From an uncultured bacterium (GTDB taxonomy: Bacteria; CAZDME01; JAYEMH01): 52,864 nucleotides of DNA. This document shows, one piece after another, positions 36,223 to 44,476 of the stretch (position 1 is its first letter; each line of letters opens with the position of its first letter). The notes below the pieces were generated by a model. It ran no database searches, had not been told where the DNA came from, and worked only from the letters and a program-made list of their open reading frames with translations. Both the position numbers and the translations under genes were made by a program. The DNA lies in contig CAZDME010000002.1 in NCBI GenBank assembly GCA_964506785.1, positions 1 through 52,864 on the forward strand, read 5' to 3'.

Positions 36223-37329
36223 ATGAACAAAAAGAACCTAGAAGATATCGAGCCTTATCGAGCGGGAAAGCCTATAGAGGAGCTAAAGAGGGAAATGGCT
36301 TTAGAAGAAGAGATAGTTAAAATGGCTTCGAATGAAAATCCTTTAGGGCCATCCCCTAAAGCCCTGGTTTCTATTAGGGATAATCTGGAAACAATCAATT
36401 ATTATCCTGATGCGGAGTGTTTTTATCTGAAAAAGGCGCTGGAGAAAAAATGGCGATTGGGAAGTGATTACTTCGTTATTGGCAACGGTTCGGATGAAAT
36501 ATTGATGCTTACAGCGGTAACTTTTTTGGAAGAGGGGGATGAAGCCATAACCGGATGGCCGTCTTTTCTTATTTATCCTCTGGTAATTAAAAAATTCGGG
36601 GGCAAGGTTATTTCCGTCCCGCTTAAGGATTTTCGTTTTAACCTCGCGGCTATCAGCAAAAGGATAACCGATAAAACTAAATTAATTTTCATTGCCAATC
36701 CAAACAATCCTACCGGGACGATAATTAGCCAAAAAGAGGCGGATGAATTTTTAAATGAGGTTCCGGAAAAAATTTTAGTTATCTTTGACGAAGCCTATGG
36801 CGAATTTGTCGATTCTTTGGATTACCCGAAGACAGTAGACTTTGTCAAAAAAAGACGAAATGTATTAATGCTGAGGAGTTTTTCTAAGTCATATGGCCTG
36901 GCTGGACTCCGTATTGGCTATGGGATAGGTTCGAAGGAGATTATCGCTTACCTTAACAGGATGCGTGAACCTTTTAACGTCAATAGGTTAGCCCAAATAG
37001 CGGCTACGGCTGCTTTAGGCGATTCGGAATTTTTAGCCAGAAGCAATAAAGTAATTAAAGAAGGACGGGCATATTTATATCAGTCTTTAAAGGAGAGGGG
37101 AATAAATTATGTTCCCTCCATGACCAATTTTATTTTAATCGAAGTCCCTATGGCCGGCCAGATTGTTTTTGAGGAATTACTTAAGAGCGGCCTGATTGTC
37201 CGGTCGATGAAGGAATATGACTTGGAAAATTACATTCGCCTGAGTATCGGTACTCCAAAACAGAACAAGCGCTTTATTAAAGCTTTGGATAAACTTCTTT
37301 CTAAAAATCAGATTGTGGATAATAAATGA
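36223..37329 (+). CDS. hisC: Histidinol-phosphate / aromatic aminotransferase (class II PLP enzyme)
   Basis: 368 aa. Motifs present: ASNENPLGPSP, NPNNPTG, and the PLP-lysine motif SFSKSYGLAGLRIGY. Confidence 0.88.
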   Translation: MNKKNLEDIEPYRAGKPIEELKREMALEEEIVKMASNENPLGPSPKALVSIRDNLETINYYPDAECFYLKKALEKKWRLGSDYFVIGNGSDEILMLTAVTFLEEGDEAITGWPSFLIYPLVIKKFGGKVISVPLKDFRFNLAAISKRITDKTKLIFIANPNNPTGTIISQKEADEFLNEVPEKILVIFDEAYGEFVDSLDYPKTVDFVKKRRNVLMLRSFSKSYGLAGLRIGYGIGSKEIIAYLNRMREPFNVNRLAQIAATAALGDSEFLARSNKVIKEGRAYLYQSLKERGINYVPSMTNFILIEVPMAGQIVFEELLKSGLIVRSMKEYDLENYIRLSIGTPKQNKRFIKALDKLLSKNQIVDNK

Positions 37330-37378
37330 CAGAGGAGAGAAAGCAGACGTCTGTCGTTTGGATAAAGGAGGAAAGGGT

Positions 37379-38392
37379 ATGATAATTGTTTTAAGTCCGG
37401 AGGCGACTAAAGAACAAATCAAACATATAAAGGATAAATTAGAAAGTGTGGGACTTACCCCGCATCTTTCTAAAGGGGTGGAAAGAACGATTATTGGGGC
37501 CATCGGGGATGAGGCGGTTTTACGCAGTGTTCCCCTGGAAGCCTTTCCGGGAGTGGAGAAGGTTTTACCGATACTTAAACCGTTTAAGTTAGCCAGCCGG
37601 GAATTTAAAAATCAAGGGTCGAAGATAAAGGTTAAAGATGTAGTTTTTGGCGGTGAGGAGGTTGTTGTAATGGCTGGCCCTTGCGCGGTAGAAAACAAAC
37701 CGGTTCTTTTAGAGATAGCCAAAACGGTTAAAAAAGCCGGAGCCAAAGTTCTTCGCGGAGGGGCTTTTAAACCACGGACTTCACCCTATTCTTTTCAGGG
37801 GTTAGGCGAAGAGGGGCTAAAATATCTGCGTCAGGTGGGGGATGAAGTTAAGATGCCGGTGATAACCGAGATTATGGATCCGCGTGATGTAGAATTAGTC
37901 GCCCGATATGCGGATATTTTCCAAATTGGCGCCCGGAATATGCAGAACTTCACCCTGCTCAAGGAAGTGGGGGCTTGTAAAAAGCCAGTAGTTTTAAAGC
38001 GGGGAATGATGTCTACTTTAAAGGAATTATTGATGTCGGCTGAATATATCCTTTCGGGCGGCAATTATGAAGTTATTCTTTGCGAACGAGGAATTCGTAC
38101 CTTTGAAGATGCCACCCGCAATACTTTTGATGTTAGTGCCATGCCGGTAATTAAACAATTGAGTCACCTTCCCATTATTGCCGACCCCAGCCATGCCACC
38201 GGTAAATGGGGTTTAGTTGAGGCGGTCGCTTTGGGGGCCACGGCTGCCGGAGCGGATGGTTTGCTGATTGAAGTCCATCCTCGTCCGGAAGAGGCTCTTT
38301 CTGACGGAGCCCAATCGTTATTGCCAGAAAATTTTATCCACCTGATGGAAGAGGTAAAAAAGGTTGCCAGGGCAGTGGGGAGGATGGTTTAG
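37379..38392 (+). CDS. aroF: 3-deoxy-7-phosphoheptulonate (DAHP) synthase, type I-beta, with an N-terminal ferredoxin-like regulatory domain
   Basis: Motifs present: KPRTSPYSFQGLG, GARNMQN and DPSHATG. I prefer the ATG at 37379, which has an AAGGAGG SD, to the track start at 37313. Confidence 0.92.
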   Translation: MIIVLSPEATKEQIKHIKDKLESVGLTPHLSKGVERTIIGAIGDEAVLRSVPLEAFPGVEKVLPILKPFKLASREFKNQGSKIKVKDVVFGGEEVVVMAGPCAVENKPVLLEIAKTVKKAGAKVLRGGAFKPRTSPYSFQGLGEEGLKYLRQVGDEVKMPVITEIMDPRDVELVARYADIFQIGARNMQNFTLLKEVGACKKPVVLKRGMMSTLKELLMSAEYILSGGNYEVILCERGIRTFEDATRNTFDVSAMPVIKQLSHLPIIADPSHATGKWGLVEAVALGATAAGADGLLIEVHPRPEEALSDGAQSLLPENFIHLMEEVKKVARAVGRMV

Positions 38393-38432
38393 AGTGTCAA
38401 AGTATCAGAGTATCAAAGTGGCAAAGAGGCCA
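38393..38432. repeat. Five in-phase octamers filling the aroF-tyrA spacer
   Basis: AGTGTCAA AGTATCAG AGTATCAA AGTGGCAA AGAGGCCA is followed directly by AGAATG, which contains the tyrA start. The array begins at the first base after the aroF stop. Confidence 0.9.
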
Positions 38433-38435
38433 AGA

Positions 38436-39305
38436 ATGCAAAAGAAAAAGCCGTTATTTCATACAGTAACTATAGTTGGCGTGGGGTTGATTGGCGGCTC
38501 GCTCGGATTAGCTATCAGAAAAAATAAATTAGCTAAGAGGGTGATAGGGGTCGGCCACCGAAGAGCATCTCTTCAAAAGGCCATAAAAAAGGGAGCCATC
38601 GATCTGGGAACTGTAAATTTATCATCCGGAGTTAAAGCGGCTGATTTAGTCATCCTGGCGACTCCGGTCAGCCTAATTTTGAGATTTTTAGGGAAAATTC
38701 CAGGGGACCTTAAACCAGGGGCTCTGGTAATTGATGTTGGCAGCAGCAAAGAAAAAATAGTTAAAAGAGGAGAGACGGTTCTTCCCAAGGGTAATTTTTT
38801 TATTGGCTGTCATCCCATAGCCGGTTCAGAAAAAAGAGGGATAGAGATAGCGACAGCTACTCTTTTTAATAAAACCGTGTCTATCGTTACTCCAAGCGGG
38901 GAAACCGACCGCCGCGCTTTGAAAAAGATAAAGGTTTTTTGGCAGAAAATAGGTTCAAAAGTAGAAATCATTTCTCCGGCGAAGCATGACCGTTTGATGG
39001 CTACAGTCAGCCATCTGCCTCATTTAGCGGCGGTGGGTTTGATTCTGAAACTTGCCCAAGAAAATAAAAGAAAGGTTGATTTATTTAAAGTTATCGGTCC
39101 GGGATTTAAAGACACAACCAGAATTGCCGCGAGTTCCCCTTTGATTTGGCAGGATATTTGCTTTTCTAATCAAATCAATATCAGGAGGGATCTTAAAAAT
39201 TTTAGAAAGATTTTGCAAAGAATAGAGGAGTACCTTAAAAAGGGCAGGAAAAAGGATTTCTTTGATTATTTGGATAAAGCAAAAAAACTGCGGTCTTCAC
39301 TATAG
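38436..39305 (+). CDS. tyrA: Prephenate dehydrogenase
   Basis: It has the Rossmann motif IVGVGLIGGS, then GCHPIAGSE and HDRLMATVSHLPH. I prefer the ATG at 38436 to the track start at 38364, which lies inside aroF. Confidence 0.88.
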   Translation: MQKKKPLFHTVTIVGVGLIGGSLGLAIRKNKLAKRVIGVGHRRASLQKAIKKGAIDLGTVNLSSGVKAADLVILATPVSLILRFLGKIPGDLKPGALVIDVGSSKEKIVKRGETVLPKGNFFIGCHPIAGSEKRGIEIATATLFNKTVSIVTPSGETDRRALKKIKVFWQKIGSKVEIISPAKHDRLMATVSHLPHLAAVGLILKLAQENKRKVDLFKVIGPGFKDTTRIAASSPLIWQDICFSNQINIRRDLKNFRKILQRIEEYLKKGRKKDFFDYLDKAKKLRSSL

Positions 39306-39326
39306 AGGTATATTTTTAAAAGCGGG

Positions 39327-39367
39327 ATAACGAAATAACGATATAACGAGAAAAACGAGATAACGAA
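39327..39367. repeat. Five ATAACGA-type octamers filling most of the tyrA-aroA spacer
   Basis: ATAACGAA ATAACGAT ATAACGAG AAAAACGAG ATAACGAA is followed by AC and then the aroA ATG. Confidence 0.9.
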
Positions 39368-39369
39368 AC

Positions 39370-40707
39370 ATGTCGTCAAATATTGCTGTCAAGCCGGCAA
39401 AAAAAATTTCCGGCAGAGTTAAGATGCCTGGCGATAAATCAATTTCTCATCGGGCAGTTTTTTTAGGGGCGTTAAGTGAAGGTTTAACCGAGGTGGAAAA
39501 TTTATCCGCGGGCGAAGATTGTTTGCGAAGTATTAAAGCCTTTCAGAATTTAGGTATCCGGATTGACCCCGTTAGAAAGGTTGAAAAAGAATCAAGCTCG
39601 GGGTTTTCTACCCAGTCGAATAATTCTACCTTAAAGATTTATGGACAGGGATTATCGGGTTTAAAGGAGCCGGTTCAGATTCTCGATTTAGGTAATTCAG
39701 GAACAAGTATACGCTTACTTTTGGGTGTTTTGTCCGGACAGAATTTCTGCACCGTTCTTACCGGAGACGAATCGCTGCAGAACCGGCCAATGCGCCGGGT
39801 AACGGGTCCTCTTGAAATGATGGGAGCCGAGATTGTCGGACGGGAAAAAGGGAATCTCCTTCCCCTAGTGATTAAAGGAGGGAAGATAACGGCCATTGAT
39901 TATAAATTGCCTGTCGCCAGTGCTCAGGTTAAATCGGCTATTCTTTTAGCCGCACTTTATGCCAATGGAGAAACCCGGGTAGAGGAGCCGGCTAAATCGC
40001 GGGACCATACCGAACGGATGCTCTCGTTTTTTGGCGCCGAGGTAACCGTCAACGGTTTACGGGTAGGGATAAAGGGAAAACCTTCTTTATCCAGAGGAAA
40101 AATTTCCGTTCCCGGCGATATTTCTGTAGCGGCTTTCTTTTTAGTGGCTGCGGGATTACTGCCTTCTTCTTCTTTAGAAATTGAATGTGTCGGACTGAAT
40201 CCCACCAGGTGCGGCATAATTGAGGCTTTACAGAAGATGGGGATGGAAGTTACCGCCGAAATAACTTCAGAGGATTTTGAGCCGCGGGGGAATATTAAAG
40301 CAGCAGGAAGTAAACTTAAAGGGATTACTTTAAAGGGAGAAATTATTCCCCGCATAATTGATGAAATTCCCGTTTTACTGGTGGCGGCGACACAGGCTGA
40401 AGGTAGAACGGTTTTTGAAGATATTGGAGAACTCAGGGTTAAAGAAACCGACCGGATACAGTCAATGACTTCAAATTTAATCAAGATGGGAGCAAGAATC
40501 GAAGAAGAAAATGACCGTGTGATTGTTATCGGACCGACCGCACTTAAAGGGACAACCGTAGAGAGTTTTGGCGACCATCGCACGGCCATGTCAATGATTG
40601 TCGCCGGTTTAATAGCTCAAGGGGAAACTACAATTTTGAATACGGATTGCATTAAAACTTCTACTCCTTTGTTCTGGGAAAATTTGAGTCGTTTAATTAC
40701 ATTCTGA
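39370..40707 (+). CDS. aroA: 3-phosphoshikimate 1-carboxyvinyltransferase (EPSP synthase)
   Basis: 445 aa. Motifs present: PGDKSISHR, LGNSGTSIRLL, KETDR and DHRTAMS. Confidence 0.95.
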   Translation: MSSNIAVKPAKKISGRVKMPGDKSISHRAVFLGALSEGLTEVENLSAGEDCLRSIKAFQNLGIRIDPVRKVEKESSSGFSTQSNNSTLKIYGQGLSGLKEPVQILDLGNSGTSIRLLLGVLSGQNFCTVLTGDESLQNRPMRRVTGPLEMMGAEIVGREKGNLLPLVIKGGKITAIDYKLPVASAQVKSAILLAALYANGETRVEEPAKSRDHTERMLSFFGAEVTVNGLRVGIKGKPSLSRGKISVPGDISVAAFFLVAAGLLPSSSLEIECVGLNPTRCGIIEALQKMGMEVTAEITSEDFEPRGNIKAAGSKLKGITLKGEIIPRIIDEIPVLLVAATQAEGRTVFEDIGELRVKETDRIQSMTSNLIKMGARIEEENDRVIVIGPTALKGTTVESFGDHRTAMSMIVAGLIAQGETTILNTDCIKTSTPLFWENLSRLITF

Positions 40708-40738
40708 GACGAACATTTTCTCTAGTGATAGTTTTACA

Positions 40739-41425
40739 ATGACTCGTTATCCGGTGATTGCTATCGATGGGCCGGGCGCTTCCGGGAAAAGCACCCTGGC
40801 CAGAGCCTTAGCCAGAAGGTTAAAATTCCATTATCTGGATACCGGGGCGATGTACCGGGCTTTTGCCTGGCGGGTTCTCCGGGAGAAAATCGGCTTCAAA
40901 AACGAGAAGAAAATTGTTGCTTTTTGCAAACGGCAGAAAATAAAAGTTACCAAAAGTAAAAAAACAACCAGAACATTAATTAACGGGAAAGATGTGACCC
41001 GTGAAATTAGAACTTCCGAGGTGAGTGAAGCGGCCTCAATCTTGAGCAGGATAAGAGGGGTAAGAAAAATAATGGCTGAGAATCAGCGGAAACTCGCCAG
41101 AAAAAGGAAGGTGGTTTTAGAGGGACGCGATATCGGCACGGTGGTTTTCCCCCAGGCGGATTGCAAGATTTTTCTGGATGCCTCTTCGGAGGAGAGGGTG
41201 AGGCGGCGCTTAAAAGAGTTTTCAGATAAAGGATATAAAGTAAATAAGGCTAAAGTGAAAAGGGATTTAATCCGCCGGGATACCAGGGATACTTTGCGGA
41301 AGATTGCCCCTTTACGAAGAGCGAAGGATGCTGTCCTGCTTGATTCGAGCGATTTAACCATATCGCAAATGGTTGAGGAAGCGCTGAAAATTATCACCCA
41401 GAAAATCAAGGTTAATGTTTTATAG
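40739..41425 (+). CDS. cmk: Cytidylate kinase
   Basis: 228 aa. It has the P-loop IAIDGPGASGKST, then LDTGAMYR and GRDIGTVVFP. Confidence 0.94.
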   Translation: MTRYPVIAIDGPGASGKSTLARALARRLKFHYLDTGAMYRAFAWRVLREKIGFKNEKKIVAFCKRQKIKVTKSKKTTRTLINGKDVTREIRTSEVSEAASILSRIRGVRKIMAENQRKLARKRKVVLEGRDIGTVVFPQADCKIFLDASSEERVRRRLKEFSDKGYKVNKAKVKRDLIRRDTRDTLRKIAPLRRAKDAVLLDSSDLTISQMVEEALKIITQKIKVNVL

Positions 41426-42020
41426 ATTCGGCCGGTTTATCTGCTGGCTTATTTTTAAAATATTTTTTCTCCTTGAAGTATCAGGCCGAGAAAATATTCC
41501 AAGAAACGGCGCGGTTATGTTAGTGGCTAACCATGCAAGTTTCTTGGATCCGCCGCTTGTCGGTGTTGCCTCTCGCCGGGGGCTGGTTTTTTTTGCCCAT
41601 CAGGGACTTTTTAATATTTCTTTTTTGGGAAAATTGCTTTGGAGTGTCAATGTCAAACCGATTAACCGGCAAAGGCTTGAATTCTCTATCTTAGCTAAGA
41701 TTTCCCGGTTGGTTAAAACAAATAAGGCTTTTGTTTTCTTTCCGGAAGGGAAGCGCAGCAAAACCGGAGAGCTTCAGTCCGGAAAGCCTGGCGTTGGTCT
41801 AATTGCCTGGAAAACCAGGGTGAAGGTGGTGCCCGCTTTTATTCAGGGAACTTATCAGGCCTGGCCGGCTAAGGTAAAATTTTTTCACCCGGCTAAAATA
41901 AAGATAATTTTCGGGAAACCTTTGGAGCTCAGTAATTTTTATAAAGAAGGACCTTCAAAAGAATTATTCCAGAAAATTGCCGATAAAATGATGCGCTCGA
42001 TAAATGAATTAGGGATTTGA
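41415..42020 (+). CDS. plsC: 1-acyl-sn-glycerol-3-phosphate acyltransferase
   Basis: 201 aa. It has the HxxxxD motif NHASFLDP and FPEGKRS. Confidence 0.85.
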   Translation: MFYRFGRFICWLIFKIFFLLEVSGRENIPRNGAVMLVANHASFLDPPLVGVASRRGLVFFAHQGLFNISFLGKLLWSVNVKPINRQRLEFSILAKISRLVKTNKAFVFFPEGKRSKTGELQSGKPGVGLIAWKTRVKVVPAFIQGTYQAWPAKVKFFHPAKIKIIFGKPLELSNFYKEGPSKELFQKIADKMMRSINELGI

Positions 42021-42856
42021 GAAGAATTGTTTTAGCTAAACATATTGGGTTTTGTTCCGGTGTTAAGAGGGCGGTAAACTTAGCCTATGAAGCGGCTAAA
42101 GAAAGCAAGGTTTACTCGCTGGGCCCTTTGATTCATAATCCCCAGGAGGTAAAACGCCTGGAAAGAGCCGGGATTAAGGTTATTACGACCTTGGGCAATT
42201 TAAAGAAAGGAATACTGATTGTCCGTTCTCATGGCCTGCCCGGGCGGGTTATCGGCGAAGCCCGAAAAAGAGGGTTAAAAATTATCGACGCTACCTGTCC
42301 TTTGGTAAAGAAGGTCCAGGAGATTGCCGGGCGATTGAAAGAAAGGCGTTACCAAATTGTTATGGTGGCTGACCGCTATCATCCAGAGGTTAAAGCTGTC
42401 CAGGAAAGAGCCGGCCGTAAATTCCAGGTTGTTCCAAACGGAAAAAAGCCAATGTTTTTTCCCCGGCGGGATAAAATTGGTGTAATTGCCCAGACAACTC
42501 AGAGCGAAAAGAATTTCCGCGAGGTTATAAATCAGTTAAAAATTTTTAATAAAGGCCTGAAGATCTATAATACAATATGCCAGGAGACAGCCCGCCGCCA
42601 GAGAGAACTCCTGGGTTTGGCAAAGACGGTAGATGTGGTTTTGATTATCGGCGGGTTTAATAGCGCCAATACCCGCCGGCTACTTGAGCTAAGCCGGCAA
42701 GGCGGCATAGTTACTTACCAAATAGAGGAAAGTAAAGGTTTAAGGAAAATAAATCTGAAAGGAATAAAAAAAATAGGCATTGTTACTGGTGCTTCAACGC
42801 CTAATTGGATAGTTGAAGAAGTGGTTAGAAAGTTAGAAATAATGCCGGAAAGATAA
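42017..42856 (+). CDS. ispH: 4-hydroxy-3-methylbut-2-enyl diphosphate reductase
   Basis: 279 aa with a TTG start overlapping the plsC stop (TTGA). The three cluster cysteines are in GFCSGVKRA, ATCPLVKKV and TICQET. Confidence 0.92.
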   Translation: MRRIVLAKHIGFCSGVKRAVNLAYEAAKESKVYSLGPLIHNPQEVKRLERAGIKVITTLGNLKKGILIVRSHGLPGRVIGEARKRGLKIIDATCPLVKKVQEIAGRLKERRYQIVMVADRYHPEVKAVQERAGRKFQVVPNGKKPMFFPRRDKIGVIAQTTQSEKNFREVINQLKIFNKGLKIYNTICQETARRQRELLGLAKTVDVVLIIGGFNSANTRRLLELSRQGGIVTYQIEESKGLRKINLKGIKKIGIVTGASTPNWIVEEVVRKLEIMPER

Positions 42857-42871
42857 AGGAGGTTGAAAGGA

Positions 42872-44476
42872 ATGAAGAAGCTTGATAAATCTGGCCGAGA
42901 GGAAAAAGATTTCGATAAAAAAAAGATAACCGAAATCTATGAGGAAACTCTAAAAGGTATTCGGGAAGGAGAAGTAGTAAAAGGTAAAATTGTGAAGATT
43001 CAAAAAGGAGATGTTTATGTCGATGTCAGTTATAAATCAGAAGGAGCAATCGACATAAACGAGTTCCCTGAACCAGCCGCCCTCAAAGTTGGCGACGAAG
43101 TTAACGTCTATATTGAATCGAAAGAGAATGAGGAGGGTAACCTTGTTCTTTCTAAGGTAAAGGCTGATGAATCGAAAAGCTGGCAGTCGGTTTTAGAAAT
43201 TGCCAAGGAGAATCGGGAAATAACCGGAAAGGTCTCCCGGATGGTTAAAGGCGGTTTTATGGTTAATCTGGGTATGGATGCTTTTTTGCCTGCTTCGCAG
43301 GTGGCCCTCCGCCCAGTTAAAAATTTAGCTGATTTTGTCGGGAAAGAATTGAATTTTAAAATTGTCAAAATTGACCGGAAACGTAAAAACGTCGTCGTTT
43401 CCCACCGTAAATGTCTTGAGGAGATTAGAGAAAAAGGACGGGACCAGTTATTAAAAGAAATTAAAGTGGGTGAGGTGAGAAAGGGCAGAATCAAGAACCT
43501 GACTGATTTCGGGGCATTTATTGACCTGGGGGGGATGGACGGCCTGCTTCATATTACCGATATTTCCTGGGGAAGAATTTCTCATCCTTCTGAAGTCCTG
43601 GCGGTTGGAGAGGATATAGAGGTGATTATTTTAGATTTTGATAAAGCGAGAAATCGAGTCTCTTTAGGGTTGAAGCAGAGAACGCCGAATCCCTGGGAGG
43701 GCATTGAAAATAAATATCCCCTGGGATCTAGGGTGAAAGGGAAGGTGGTAAATTTAGTGGATTATGGCGCTTTTGTCGAATTAGAAGAAGGCGTGGAAGG
43801 ATTGATTCATATCTCCGAAATGTCCTGGACGGAAAAATTGGAACATCCTTCAAAAATACTAAAAATCGGAGATAGTATTGAAGCCTTGGTAATTAATCTT
43901 GAAAAAGAAAGCAAAAAGATTTCTTTAAGCATCAAACAATTGGAGACTGACCCCTGGATATTGGCTAAAGAGAAATATCTTCCCCAGGTAAAAGTTAAGG
44001 GAAGAGTGAAAAATATAGTTGATTACGGCGCTTTTGTCGAATTGGAAGAGGGAATAACCGGTTTAATCCATGTTACTGATCTTTCCTGGGGAAAGGTAGG
44101 CCATCCCAAAGATATCTTGAATATTGAAGAGGAGATTGAGGTAGTCGTTTTGGAGGTTAATCCCGATAATAAACGTATTTCTTTGGGCGTTAAGCAGTTA
44201 ACGGAAAATCCCTGGGAGAAAATTTCAGAGAGGATAAATGTTGGCGATAGTGTCTCAGGTATGGTAAAGAAGACAACCAGCTTTGGCATCTATGTCGAAT
44301 TAGAAAAGGATGTAGACGGTTTTGTCCCCAGCGAGGAATTATCCATAGAAGGGGAAAAAAAATCTGCTTCTGATTTTCAGATTGGCGATAAAATAACTGC
44401 CGGGGTGGTTGAATTGATTCCGGATAAGAGAGAAATAAAACTAAGTATCAAAAAATATCTGGGGAGTTCCAAATAG
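42872..44476 (+). CDS. rpsA: 30S ribosomal protein S1
   Basis: It has six S1 repeats (G..V.G.V......GAFV.L...GL.H.S). I prefer the ATG at 42872, 9 nt after AAGGAGG, to the TTG at 42863, which abuts the SD. The cmk...rpsA synteny is classic. Confidence 0.94.
   Translation: MKKLDKSGREEKDFDKKKITEIYEETLKGIREGEVVKGKIVKIQKGDVYVDVSYKSEGAIDINEFPEPAALKVGDEVNVYIESKENEEGNLVLSKVKADESKSWQSVLEIAKENREITGKVSRMVKGGFMVNLGMDAFLPASQVALRPVKNLADFVGKELNFKIVKIDRKRKNVVVSHRKCLEEIREKGRDQLLKEIKVGEVRKGRIKNLTDFGAFIDLGGMDGLLHITDISWGRISHPSEVLAVGEDIEVIILDFDKARNRVSLGLKQRTPNPWEGIENKYPLGSRVKGKVVNLVDYGAFVELEEGVEGLIHISEMSWTEKLEHPSKILKIGDSIEALVINLEKESKKISLSIKQLETDPWILAKEKYLPQVKVKGRVKNIVDYGAFVELEEGITGLIHVTDLSWGKVGHPKDILNIEEEIEVVVLEVNPDNKRISLGVKQLTENPWEKISERINVGDSVSGMVKKTTSFGIYVELEKDVDGFVPSEELSIEGEKKSASDFQIGDKITAGVVELIPDKREIKLSIKKYLGSSK

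Noticed and set aside
39957-40589. Long antisense ORFs opposite well-supported genes. Examples are 39957..40589 (210 aa, opposite aroA), 5955..6455 and 5174..5626 (opposite birA/nadC), 17751..18203 (opposite the 7TM-HD gene), 34235..34603 and 43108..43494.
   Set aside because: Each lies entirely within a gene whose product has unmistakable family motifs. Their translations are low-complexity, Ser/Pro/Ile-rich and lack SDs. They are shadow ORFs.
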